A stretch of 64,000 nt of DNA. Source: Candidatus Babelota bacterium (GTDB taxonomy: Bacteria; Babelota; Babeliae; Babelales; CAIQNR01). The notes below the pieces were generated by a model. The model made no database searches. It saw nothing but the letters and a program-made list of their open reading frames with translations, and was not told the origin of the DNA. The stretch is taken from assembly GCA_965658655.1 (NCBI GenBank), contig CBFHTA010000001.1, forward strand, positions 264,722 through 328,721. The letters are read 5' to 3'. How positions within the stretch are numbered: position 1 is the stretch's first letter; the number at the start of each line of letters is the position of its first letter. The position numbers and the translations under genes are program-made. This document shows positions 10,071 through 18,335 of the stretch, one piece after another.

Positions 10071-10986
10071 AGTCAAATGCTTTTTTAATAGGAGACTTGT
10101 GAGCAAGTTTTTGTGTGTAATTTGGGTAAAGACTAGCAAGTTTTTTATGTACCTTTTCGGCGTTCACAGTATCATTTTTTGCTAATGCTACACGGTATTC
10201 CATATGAAGATTTTTTGGTTGTGTATCTGGTAAAAGAGTTTGGTAAGAGGTCTTTAAGTTGGCCAATCGAGTTTCAGCGGCTTTAGGGCTACCCTTTTTC
10301 ATGTAGTATTCAAAAACAGTAACTTCGTGATCGTACAATGCATAATAACAACGCTCTTTAATTGCCTTTACATCATTATTGAATTGTTTGTATGTATCAC
10401 TTTTTTCTAAGAATGCATCTGCTAATTTAATGGTGTTGAGTGTTGGGGTTTGGTCTCTATCGGCAGAAAGCATAGTATAAAAATGGCTTAAGAGGCCTTT
10501 GTATTGAGCATACTCAGCTTTCTTGTCTCCAGGATATAATTTCAAAAACTCTTCATATTCGCGTGCTGCAAGTTTTAATGCATTACGATCAAAGTTAATA
10601 TCGGCAATTTCAAGTTTAATATTTTTAATAGCAACAGTGCTTTTGAGTAAAGACATTAAGCGAGTTAAAAATTTAACAGCTTCATCTTGCCATCCCAACT
10701 TAAGGGCTAAATTGGCAATGGTTCTCAGTTCTTTTTCGTTCATTAACTTAAGAGGTTTTTTGTCTATGGCTCTATATTTTTTAAGGACAATCTTTTTTTC
10801 AGGTCCCTTAAGGTGCTGGTTTTTGATAGAGAATACCAAAGGGCTTCGTTCTTTTTCTGGGGCTTTAACTTGATAATACCTGACAGGAGCCTTTTTGGGC
10901 TTCATATATTTCATAGGGTTAGCAATAAGTTGGTGCGAACCACATAAAAGCACAAGCCATAAGAGATTTTTTTTAGAAGTAGACAT
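10054..10986 (-). CDS. bamD: Outer membrane protein assembly factor BamD-like (TPR)
   Basis: F.KLYPG...AEYAQY, DRDQTPT, HE..V..YY.K.G...AA..R pattern; likely start MSTSKK. Confidence 0.8.
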   Translation of the reverse strand: MSTSKKNLLWLVLLCGSHQLIANPMKYMKPKKAPVRYYQVKAPEKERSPLVFSIKNQHLKGPEKKIVLKKYRAIDKKPLKLMNEKELRTIANLALKLGWQDEAVKFLTRLMSLLKSTVAIKNIKLEIADINFDRNALKLAAREYEEFLKLYPGDKKAEYAQYKGLLSHFYTMLSADRDQTPTLNTIKLADAFLEKSDTYKQFNNDVKAIKERCYYALYDHEVTVFEYYMKKGSPKAAETRLANLKTSYQTLLPDTQPKNLHMEYRVALAKNDTVNAEKVHKKLASLYPNYTQKLAHKSPIKKAFDYVSLF

Positions 10987-11420
10987 TCCTGTCCTCAAAA
11001 GCGTTACGGTATAATATTGTACAAAACCAGTATGCGGGTAAGAATACCACATCATTTTTGAGCTCGCAACTTGGCAAAGATTTATTAAAATACTATTTTC
11101 TGTCTTTAAAGGTCCTGGCTAGAGCTTAATCATCATTGATTTGAGCAGCTGGTTTAGGTGATTGTTTTGATTCAACAGGAAGAATCTCTCCAATATAGAG
11201 TTATCTTTATTTCTAAATTACCTTTTTTTGAAGTTTCTAGCATTTTAAAAATTATCTTGAAAGTGGTCAATAAAACTGTACAGAGCGTACCACGTCATTC
11301 AATAGCTTGTAATAAGAGTAAGAGCTATCAAAATTAGCTTGAGTCTGGTATTTTCGATAAAGAAGTGACACATTCATCGGTAAGCATAAGCTTATGGTAT
11401 TGGGTAAGACGGAGAAAAGT

Positions 11421-13130
11421 ATGGTAAATAAAACATTAGGTCAGCTGTTAGTTGAGAGCGGAGCAATTACGGAGGAACAAGCAAGAAAGTTCCAAGAAGA
11501 GGCTCAAAAAGCACACATTCCTTTTGCGCGTTATCTGTATGACAAACACTTGGTAGCAGAAGAATCTATTGCTCAAGCCTATGCAACTATGACTGGTCTT
11601 ACCTTTCTTAACGATATAACAGACGAAATGGCAGATCCGCTTTTATTAGCAAAGGTACCTCTTAAGTTTTTGCGCGAGAACAGAGTGATTCCTATTAAAG
11701 ATAAAGGCACTTCTCTAGTTACCGCTAACCCTACAGACTTTTCTCCTGTTGATGAACTTCAATTACTTTTTGGTAATGATGTAAAGATTGTAATCTCTAC
11801 TCCCAAATCTATTCTTGATGCCCTTAATCATTATTATCCGCTTGAGGGTACCGACGAAATGATGGAAGATCTGGAGAAAGACGGTGATGCAGCAGATCTC
11901 TCTTTTGCAGACATTGACGAGAAAGACATTTTAAGTAGTGCCAACGATGCGCCTATTATTAAATTAGTTAACTATATTCTTTTTCAAGCAGATAAAATGA
12001 ATGCATCTGATGTGCACGTTGAACCTGGAGAGAAAGAAATTAGAATACGTTTTAGAGTTGACGGCCGCATGCACCAATTCATGACAGTTCCTAAAAGAAT
12101 GGAGGGCGCTGTTGCTTCTCGTATTAAAATTATGTCGAATTTAAACATTGCAGAAAAACGTAAACCTCAAGATGGGCGTATTGAAATTCGTATTGGTGAC
12201 AAACGTATTGATCTTCGTGTTTCTTTTTTACCAGCGGTATATGGAGAAAGCGTTGTTATGCGTCTACTTGATAAAGACAAAGGGTTTTCTGAGTTAGACA
12301 ATCTTGGTTTAAGTAAGCGAGACTACGAAGTAGTTACCCAAAGCATTGCTCGACCTAACGGAATATTCTTGGTGTCTGGGCCAACCGGTTCTGGTAAAAC
12401 TACCACGCTGTATTCTATCTTGAGTCGCATTAATGTTCCTACGGTTAATGTTATTACGGTAGAAAACCCGGTTGAGTATCAGTTGCCTGGTATTACACAA
12501 GTACAAGTAGACCCTAAAGTAGACTTAACCTTTGCCAGCGCGCTTCGTGCAATTTTACGTCAAGATCCAGACATTGTAATGATTGGTGAAACACGAGACC
12601 AAGAGACAGCACAGATTGCTATTCAAGCAGCATTAACTGGTCATTTAGTGTTAACAACCATTCATACTAACGATGCTCCTTCTATTATCACTCGTTTAAT
12701 AGACATGGGCATTGAACCGTTTTTAATTGCCTCTTCTATTGTTGCTGGTATGGCGCAACGTTTGGTTCGTAAACTCGACCCTGCATGTAAAGAAGCATAC
12801 AAACCATCAGAAGAAGTACTTAAAAGTTTAGGCATGGATCCGGCAAAGAACAAAAACGTTACCTTCTACCGACCAAAAGGGTGCAAGGAATGTAATATGA
12901 TGGGGTATAAAGGTCGGCTTCCAATCTTTGAAGTTATGGACCTGACAGACTCTATCGCAGATCTTACTATGGCCCGAGCAGCTACACTTAAAATTAGGCA
13001 GCAGGCACAAAGAGATGGTATGACCACATTGCTTGATGATGGTATTAAGAAAATAAAAGAAGGCTTGACGAGTGTAGAAGAGGTTGTTTCTGTAGCAACT
13101 GTTTTTGATAATCCCGCAGATTCTGAATAA
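11421..13130 (+). CDS. Type II secretion / type IV pilus assembly ATPase (GspE/PilB family)
   Basis: ASDVHVEP, R.PQDGRI, Walker A GPTGSGKTTT, LRQDPDIVMIGETRD, TGHLVLTTIHTND; likely start MVNK after GGAGA. Confidence 0.95.
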   Translation: MVNKTLGQLLVESGAITEEQARKFQEEAQKAHIPFARYLYDKHLVAEESIAQAYATMTGLTFLNDITDEMADPLLLAKVPLKFLRENRVIPIKDKGTSLVTANPTDFSPVDELQLLFGNDVKIVISTPKSILDALNHYYPLEGTDEMMEDLEKDGDAADLSFADIDEKDILSSANDAPIIKLVNYILFQADKMNASDVHVEPGEKEIRIRFRVDGRMHQFMTVPKRMEGAVASRIKIMSNLNIAEKRKPQDGRIEIRIGDKRIDLRVSFLPAVYGESVVMRLLDKDKGFSELDNLGLSKRDYEVVTQSIARPNGIFLVSGPTGSGKTTTLYSILSRINVPTVNVITVENPVEYQLPGITQVQVDPKVDLTFASALRAILRQDPDIVMIGETRDQETAQIAIQAALTGHLVLTTIHTNDAPSIITRLIDMGIEPFLIASSIVAGMAQRLVRKLDPACKEAYKPSEEVLKSLGMDPAKNKNVTFYRPKGCKECNMMGYKGRLPIFEVMDLTDSIADLTMARAATLKIRQQAQRDGMTTLLDDGIKKIKEGLTSVEEVVSVATVFDNPADSE

Positions 13131-13223
13131 ATTTATTGGTTAAAGATTAATAATCTATTACGAAAAAAGTTTGAATGATATAGTTCTATTTTTTGCTTAG
13201 GTATTTTTTATTATTCTATGTAT

Positions 13224-13262
13224 TTAAAGCCCCATGAAAGATCGTAATTCATGGGGCTTTAA
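13224..13262. terminator. Intrinsic terminator hairpin between convergent genes
   Basis: TTAAAGCCCCATGAA-N9-TTCATGGGGCTTTAA. Confidence 0.8.
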
Positions 13263-13267
13263 TGGTA

Positions 13268-14416
13268 TTAATTAGATTGATCGATATGGCGTGATTCTTC
13301 AGCAGCTGCAGCAGCAGGACCGGTTGAAGATTCCTCTTCATCTTTACTTTCATAGGGATAAATGAATGTATCGAGTTTTTGATTTATGTTCTCTGTACCG
13401 CATGAAGGGCATCTTAGAGGGCCTCGGTTGTTACTTTTCCATGTTGTAAATGCATCTTCTCCTACAAAGTTAAGGCAACAGCTTAGATAGTGTAAAGATT
13501 GGTCTTTTTTAAAAGACTCTAACATAATAGGACACGTGGATTGTTCTTTAATAGTATGTTGTTTGAGGATTGTTTTGATCTGATCGTTCCTTGTAAGTTG
13601 GTATGCATTTCTTCTTTTAAGATCAACTCTTTTATAGGGTGCTCCATTTTCTAGCAAAAATTTTACAATGGTATGCTTTCCGGCATAGCAGGTTAATCCA
13701 AGAGGTGTTGTTTTTGTTCCATCAGGAGATGTTGCACCATCTTTGATATCGGCTCCGTTTTCTAGTAAAAATTTTGCAACAGTATGGTTGCCATTATAGC
13801 AGGCTAATCCAAAAGGTGTTATTTTTGTTCCATTAGCATATGTTGTACCATCTTTGATATCGGCTCCGTTTTCTAGTAAGAATTTTGCAATATCATACTT
13901 ACCTTGAGAAGAGGCTAATCCAAAAGGTGTTGTTTTTGTTTTATCAGGAGATGTTTCACCGTTTGTGATATCTGCACTATGTGTTAATAATAAACCTACA
14001 ATTTCTAGTTTGTTGTTTCGTATTGCTATGCTAAGAGGGCTTGTTATCATTCCATTCTTATAAATAGAACCTGTTTCTAGATTAACTCTGTTTTTTAATA
14101 GAATGCTTACTATCTTAGAATGACCATAACGGCATGCTTCAGCAAGAGGCGTTGTTTGTTCATCTTCACTAATAAAAGTTGGTTCATTAATTGGTGTTTT
14201 CTCTTTTATTAATTTTTCTACAGTATCTATATTTCCTGATTGACAAGCTGTTACCAGTGATTTTAAGGCAAAATCTTTATCAATTTTTATTGATGCAGCT
14301 TCTTGATTACTGTTCTCTCTAGAAAGTTCACTTTTTTTATCATCAGGATTTCCTGTAAAAATAGACCCTGCATGTAAAAGAGCAAAAGAAAGGAATAGTA
14401 GTTTTTTGGTTTTCAT
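13268..14416 (-). CDS. Secreted ankyrin-repeat protein with C-terminal U-box/RING-like domain (paralog 1)
   Basis: Signal peptide; five ~37-aa ANK repeats; CPIMLESF..LSCC.NF..W..CPSC. Confidence 0.85.
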   Translation of the reverse strand: MKTKKLLFLSFALLHAGSIFTGNPDDKKSELSRENSNQEAASIKIDKDFALKSLVTACQSGNIDTVEKLIKEKTPINEPTFISEDEQTTPLAEACRYGHSKIVSILLKNRVNLETGSIYKNGMITSPLSIAIRNNKLEIVGLLLTHSADITNGETSPDKTKTTPFGLASSQGKYDIAKFLLENGADIKDGTTYANGTKITPFGLACYNGNHTVAKFLLENGADIKDGATSPDGTKTTPLGLTCYAGKHTIVKFLLENGAPYKRVDLKRRNAYQLTRNDQIKTILKQHTIKEQSTCPIMLESFKKDQSLHYLSCCLNFVGEDAFTTWKSNNRGPLRCPSCGTENINQKLDTFIYPYESKDEEESSTGPAAAAAEESRHIDQSN

Positions 14417-14460
14417 CTTGTATCTCCATTTTAATACTATATCATAAATTTATAATTCTA

Positions 14461-14488
14461 ATTGTAATATATTTAGCATATTTGTCAA
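14461..14488 (-). promoter_or_regulatory. Sigma70-like promoter of paralog 1
   Basis: TTGACA-N16-TACAAT on the minus strand. Confidence 0.6.
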
Positions 14489-14578
14489 TCGGCTATTTAA
14501 GCTTAAATAATACGTTTAGGGAAGTTTTGGTTGCAGAGTAAAGAATTGGCTTTGAGCTTAAGTGAGCTTGTTTAGCTA

Positions 14579-15862
14579 TCAGTGCTCTTTGAGATCTGAG
14601 GATTCTTCTTCATCTTTACTTTCATAGGGATAAATGAATGTATCGAGTTCTTGATTTATGTTTTCTGTACCGCATGAAGGGCAGCTTAGAGGGCCTTGGT
14701 TGTTACTTTTCCATGTTGTAAATGTATCTTCTCCTACCCAGTCAGAGAATTCTTCAGCGCCTGTAAAGTTAGAACAGCAATTTAGAAAGTGTAATTCTTC
14801 GTCTTTTTCAAAAGAAGATAAACGAATAGGGCATGTGGATTGTTCTTGAATAGCACGTTTTTTAATGAGTTCTCTAATTTGGTTCTTATTAATTTTTTGA
14901 TCTTCACTATCTAGTTGATATGAATGAGCTACTTGATATGCATTACGGTCTTTAGATGTAACTCTCTTAAAAGAAACTCTTGGGTCATCAAGTAATGTTT
15001 TTACAGTATCAACATAACCCTCTTCAGAGGCAAGACTAAGCGCGGTCACTTGTTTTCCGTTAGGATAAGCATAAGCAAAAGCATTAGGTTCAATTCTTTG
15101 ATTAGTAAGTAATGCTTGTACCGTAGCGGTACGGCCGTTATAAGAGGCAAGGCCAAGTGCGGTTATTCCTACTCCAGAAGTATTGATAAACTGATAAGCT
15201 GTGGCGTTAATTCTTTTGTCACCAAGGAGTGCTTTTGTAGCATCAGTATGGCCGTTTTGACAAGCAAATCCAAGAGCCGTCGCTTGTGCTCCATTAGGAT
15301 TCATATGCTGATACATTGTGGGGTCAACTCTTTTGTCACCAAGGAGTGCTTTTGCAATATCAGTATGGCCTTTTTCACAAGCTAAACTAAGTGCGGTCAG
15401 TTTTTTTCCTTTAGGATGAGCATAAGCAAAAGCATTAGGTTCAATTCTTTTGTCATCAAGGAGTGCTTTTGCAATATTAGTATGGCCTTTTTTGGTAGCA
15501 AGGCCAAGTGCGGTCATTTGTACCCCACTAGGATAAGTAAACTGAAAAGCATTAGGTTCAATTCTTTTATCAGCAAGTAGTGTTTTTACAGTGCTCATAT
15601 AGCCTTCTTGAGTAGCAATGCCAAGCGCAGATATGTGTATTCCATCAGGTTCCGTTATTAATATATTGGGATCAAAGTCAAAAGACCCATTAAGTAGGCT
15701 TTGTATAGCTTTTATATCCTGGTTTTTACAGGCTTCAATAAACTTTATTTGATTGTGCATAGTTGATTTATCTGCACTTCCTGCATAAGAGTTATTGTCA
15801 CTTGTAAAAATACAACCTGTGTACACCAAAGATAATCCAAAAAGAAGTAAGTTTTTATTCAT
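14579..15862 (-). CDS. Secreted ankyrin-repeat protein with C-terminal U-box/RING-like domain (paralog 2, mosaic)
   Basis: Signal peptide; six 39-aa ANK repeats; CPIRLSSF..LNCCSNF..W..W..CPSC. Confidence 0.85.
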   Translation of the reverse strand: MNKNLLLFGLSLVYTGCIFTSDNNSYAGSADKSTMHNQIKFIEACKNQDIKAIQSLLNGSFDFDPNILITEPDGIHISALGIATQEGYMSTVKTLLADKRIEPNAFQFTYPSGVQMTALGLATKKGHTNIAKALLDDKRIEPNAFAYAHPKGKKLTALSLACEKGHTDIAKALLGDKRVDPTMYQHMNPNGAQATALGFACQNGHTDATKALLGDKRINATAYQFINTSGVGITALGLASYNGRTATVQALLTNQRIEPNAFAYAYPNGKQVTALSLASEEGYVDTVKTLLDDPRVSFKRVTSKDRNAYQVAHSYQLDSEDQKINKNQIRELIKKRAIQEQSTCPIRLSSFEKDEELHFLNCCSNFTGAEEFSDWVGEDTFTTWKSNNQGPLSCPSCGTENINQELDTFIYPYESKDEEESSDLKEH

Positions 15863-15868
15863 TATAAC

Positions 15869-15946
15869 CTTTATTAATATGATATTATTTTGTGTGATAA
15901 CATTTTTAATTTAGTTATCACACAAAATAATATCATATTAATAAAG
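15869..15946. repeat. Perfect 33-bp inverted repeat with 12-nt spacer
   Basis: ctttattaatatgatattattttgtgtgataac (15869-15901) is the exact reverse complement of 15914-15946. Confidence 0.97.
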
Positions 15947-15962
15947 ATAAAAAAGTTTCAGA

Positions 15963-18071
15963 TTAATCAATATCCATAACTGGCTCATCATCCATAACTG
16001 GCTCACCTGAGGATTCTTCTTCATCTTTACTTTCATAAGGATAAATGAATGTATCGAGTTCTGTTGGTATGTTTGGTTTTTGGCATGCAGGGCAAATGAC
16101 AGTACCATGATATCGCATTCTTTGTCCTACCCAGTCAGAGAATCCTGCAGTGCCTGTAAAGTTAGAACAGCAATTTAGAAAGTGTAATTCTTCGTCTTTT
16201 TCAAAAGGCGCTAAAGTAATAGGATCTTCGGATTGTTCTTGAATAGCACGTTTTTTAATAAGTTCTTTGATTTGATTTTTATTAACTTTTTGATCTTCAC
16301 TAGTTGCTGGATATGCATTAGCTATTTTGTATGCATTATGTCCTGCAGATGTAACTCTCTTAAAAGAAACTCTTGGGTCATCAAGTAATGCTTTTATAGT
16401 ATTAATATGACCATTTATAGAGGCAATACCAAGTGCAGAAAACTGCCTTCCGTCATCGCCCTTCATCGCAACAGCATTAGGTTCAACTCTTGGGTCAGCA
16501 AGTAACGCTTGTGCCAGAGCAGCACGATCATAACGAGCAGCAAGGCCAAGTGCAGTGGTTTGTGATCCATTAGGAAAAGTAGCCTGAAAACCATTAGGTT
16601 CAACTCTTGGGTCAGCAAGTAACGATTTTATAGTATTAATATTACCATTTATAGAGGCAAGACCAAGTGCAGAAAAATCCCTTCCTTTATCGTCCTTAAT
16701 CGCACAAGCATTAGGCTCAACTTTTGGGTCAGCAAGTAACGCTTGTGCCAGAGCAGCACGGTCATAACGAGCAGCAAGGCCAAGTGCAGTGATTTGTGAT
16801 CCATCAGGAAAAGTAGCCTGAAAACCATTAGGTTCAACTCTTTCATCAGCAAGTAATGCTTGTGCCGAAGCGGTCTGGTTTGCGATAGAAGCAGCTCCAA
16901 GTGGGGTGACTTCTGCTTTATATTTTGTCTGCGCAACAGCATTAGGTTTAATTCTTTCATCAGCAAGTAATGCTTTTACCGTATTAATATGACCATTTTG
17001 AGAGGCAATAGAAAGTGCTGTATGCCTTGTTCCTTGAGGATCAATAATTAAAGAATTGGGGTTAGTTCTTTCATCAGCAAGGAGTGCTTTTACCGTATTA
17101 ATATGACCATTTTGAGAGGCAAGGCCAAGTGCCGTATGCCTTCTTCCTTGAGGATCAATAAAGGACAAAGAATTGGGGTTAGTTCTTTCATCAGCAAGGA
17201 GTGCTTTTACAGTAGCAACATGACCTTTTTTAACAGCAAGGCCAAGTGCCGTATGCCTTTTTCCTTGAGGATCAATAAAGGAAAAAACATTGGGGTTAGT
17301 TCTTTCATCAGCAAGGAGTGCTGTTACAGTATCTGTATCACCTTTTATAGAGGCAATGCCAAGTGCCGCCTGTTTTCTTCCATTAGAAGCAATTCCGGAA
17401 ACAGCATTAGGGTCAATTCTTGGGTGAGCAAGGAGTGCTGTTACAGTATCTGTATCACCTTCTATAGAGGCAATGCTAAGTGCTGCATGTTTTGTTCCGT
17501 TAGGATCAATAAAGGAAAAGGCGTTAGGGTCAATTCTTCGGTCAGCAAGGAGTGCTTGTACAGTAGCAGTACGCCGATTTTGACAGGCAATACCGAGTGC
17601 ATTACATTGTGATTGGTTTTTATCAAGATATTGATAAGCGTTAGGGTCAATTCTTCGGTCAGCAAGGAGTGCTTGTACAGTAGCAGTATGGCCATTTTGA
17701 GAGGCAACACCGAGTGCGGTAAGCTGTGTTCCATTAGGATGAATAGATTGATAAACTGTAGGGTCAATTCTTGGGTGCTTAAGGAGTGCTTGTACAGTCG
17801 CAGTATGGCCGTGACGAGAGGCCACACCAAGCCCAGACACTTGTATTCCATCAGGTTCCATTATTAACATATTGGGATCAAAGTCAAAAGACCCATTGAG
17901 TAAGCTTTGTAGAGCTTTTATATCCTGGTTTTTACAGGCTTCAATAAACTTTATTTGATTGTGCATAGTTGATTCATCTGCACTTCCTGCATAAGGGTTA
18001 TTGTCACTTGTAAAAATACAACCTGTATACACCAAAGATAACCCAAGAAAAAGTAGGCTTTTAACTTTCAT
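15963..18071 (-). CDS. Secreted ankyrin-repeat protein with C-terminal U-box/RING-like domain (paralog 3)
   Basis: Signal peptide; about 13 ANK repeats of 39 aa (117-bp DNA period); DPITLAPF..LNCCSNF..W..CPAC; likely start MKVK after GGAGA. Confidence 0.85.
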   Translation of the reverse strand: MKVKSLLFLGLSLVYTGCIFTSDNNPYAGSADESTMHNQIKFIEACKNQDIKALQSLLNGSFDFDPNMLIMEPDGIQVSGLGVASRHGHTATVQALLKHPRIDPTVYQSIHPNGTQLTALGVASQNGHTATVQALLADRRIDPNAYQYLDKNQSQCNALGIACQNRRTATVQALLADRRIDPNAFSFIDPNGTKHAALSIASIEGDTDTVTALLAHPRIDPNAVSGIASNGRKQAALGIASIKGDTDTVTALLADERTNPNVFSFIDPQGKRHTALGLAVKKGHVATVKALLADERTNPNSLSFIDPQGRRHTALGLASQNGHINTVKALLADERTNPNSLIIDPQGTRHTALSIASQNGHINTVKALLADERIKPNAVAQTKYKAEVTPLGAASIANQTASAQALLADERVEPNGFQATFPDGSQITALGLAARYDRAALAQALLADPKVEPNACAIKDDKGRDFSALGLASINGNINTIKSLLADPRVEPNGFQATFPNGSQTTALGLAARYDRAALAQALLADPRVEPNAVAMKGDDGRQFSALGIASINGHINTIKALLDDPRVSFKRVTSAGHNAYKIANAYPATSEDQKVNKNQIKELIKKRAIQEQSEDPITLAPFEKDEELHFLNCCSNFTGTAGFSDWVGQRMRYHGTVICPACQKPNIPTELDTFIYPYESKDEEESSGEPVMDDEPVMDID

Positions 18072-18108
18072 TTTGATCTCCATTTTAAATATTTTTATTA
18101 TAATTCTA

Positions 18109-18138
18109 ATTGTAAATAAGCGATATGGTCGTTGTCAA
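18109..18138 (-). promoter_or_regulatory. Sigma70-like promoter of paralog 3
   Basis: TTGACA-N18-TACAAT; downstream leader TTACAATTAGAATTATA shared with paralog 1. Confidence 0.6.
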
Positions 18139-18172
18139 CAGTATATGTACATTAAGCATTGTGCAAAGGTGC

Positions 18173-18225
18173 TTTTATAAAGAGATAAGCTTAAAAAATT
18201 ATTTTTAGTTTATCTCTTTATAAAA
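18173..18225. repeat. 16-bp perfect inverted repeat in divergent intergenic region
   Basis: ttttataaagagataa ... ttatctctttataaaa. Confidence 0.85.
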
Positions 18226-18335
18226 TTTATAATTGTAGCCTTTAAGGCTCAGGCCTTTTTTATCTATTTTTATCTTTTTCTCTGGCCGAGAGAATGTTTT
18301 TTCGATAAGCTCTAGGCATCATAAAGGGTCCCTTC

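Noticed and set aside
11421..11500. MshEN c-di-GMP-binding motif in the ATPase N-terminus
   Set aside because: Reads TLGQLL...; the key Arg and the terminal LxxQ are missing.
15800..15862. Lipobox (YTGC) in ANK paralogs 2 and 3
   Set aside because: Non-canonical -3 residue, and paralog 1 has Ser at the Cys position; a standard signal peptide is more likely.
14990..17830. Periodic DNA repeats as a possible CRISPR array or DGR template/variable pair
   Set aside because: Repeats are in-frame coding ANK units; no unique spacers, cas genes or reverse transcriptase in the window.
16649..17867. Alternative-frame and antisense ORFs within the ankyrin array
   Set aside because: By-products of the 117-bp repeat.
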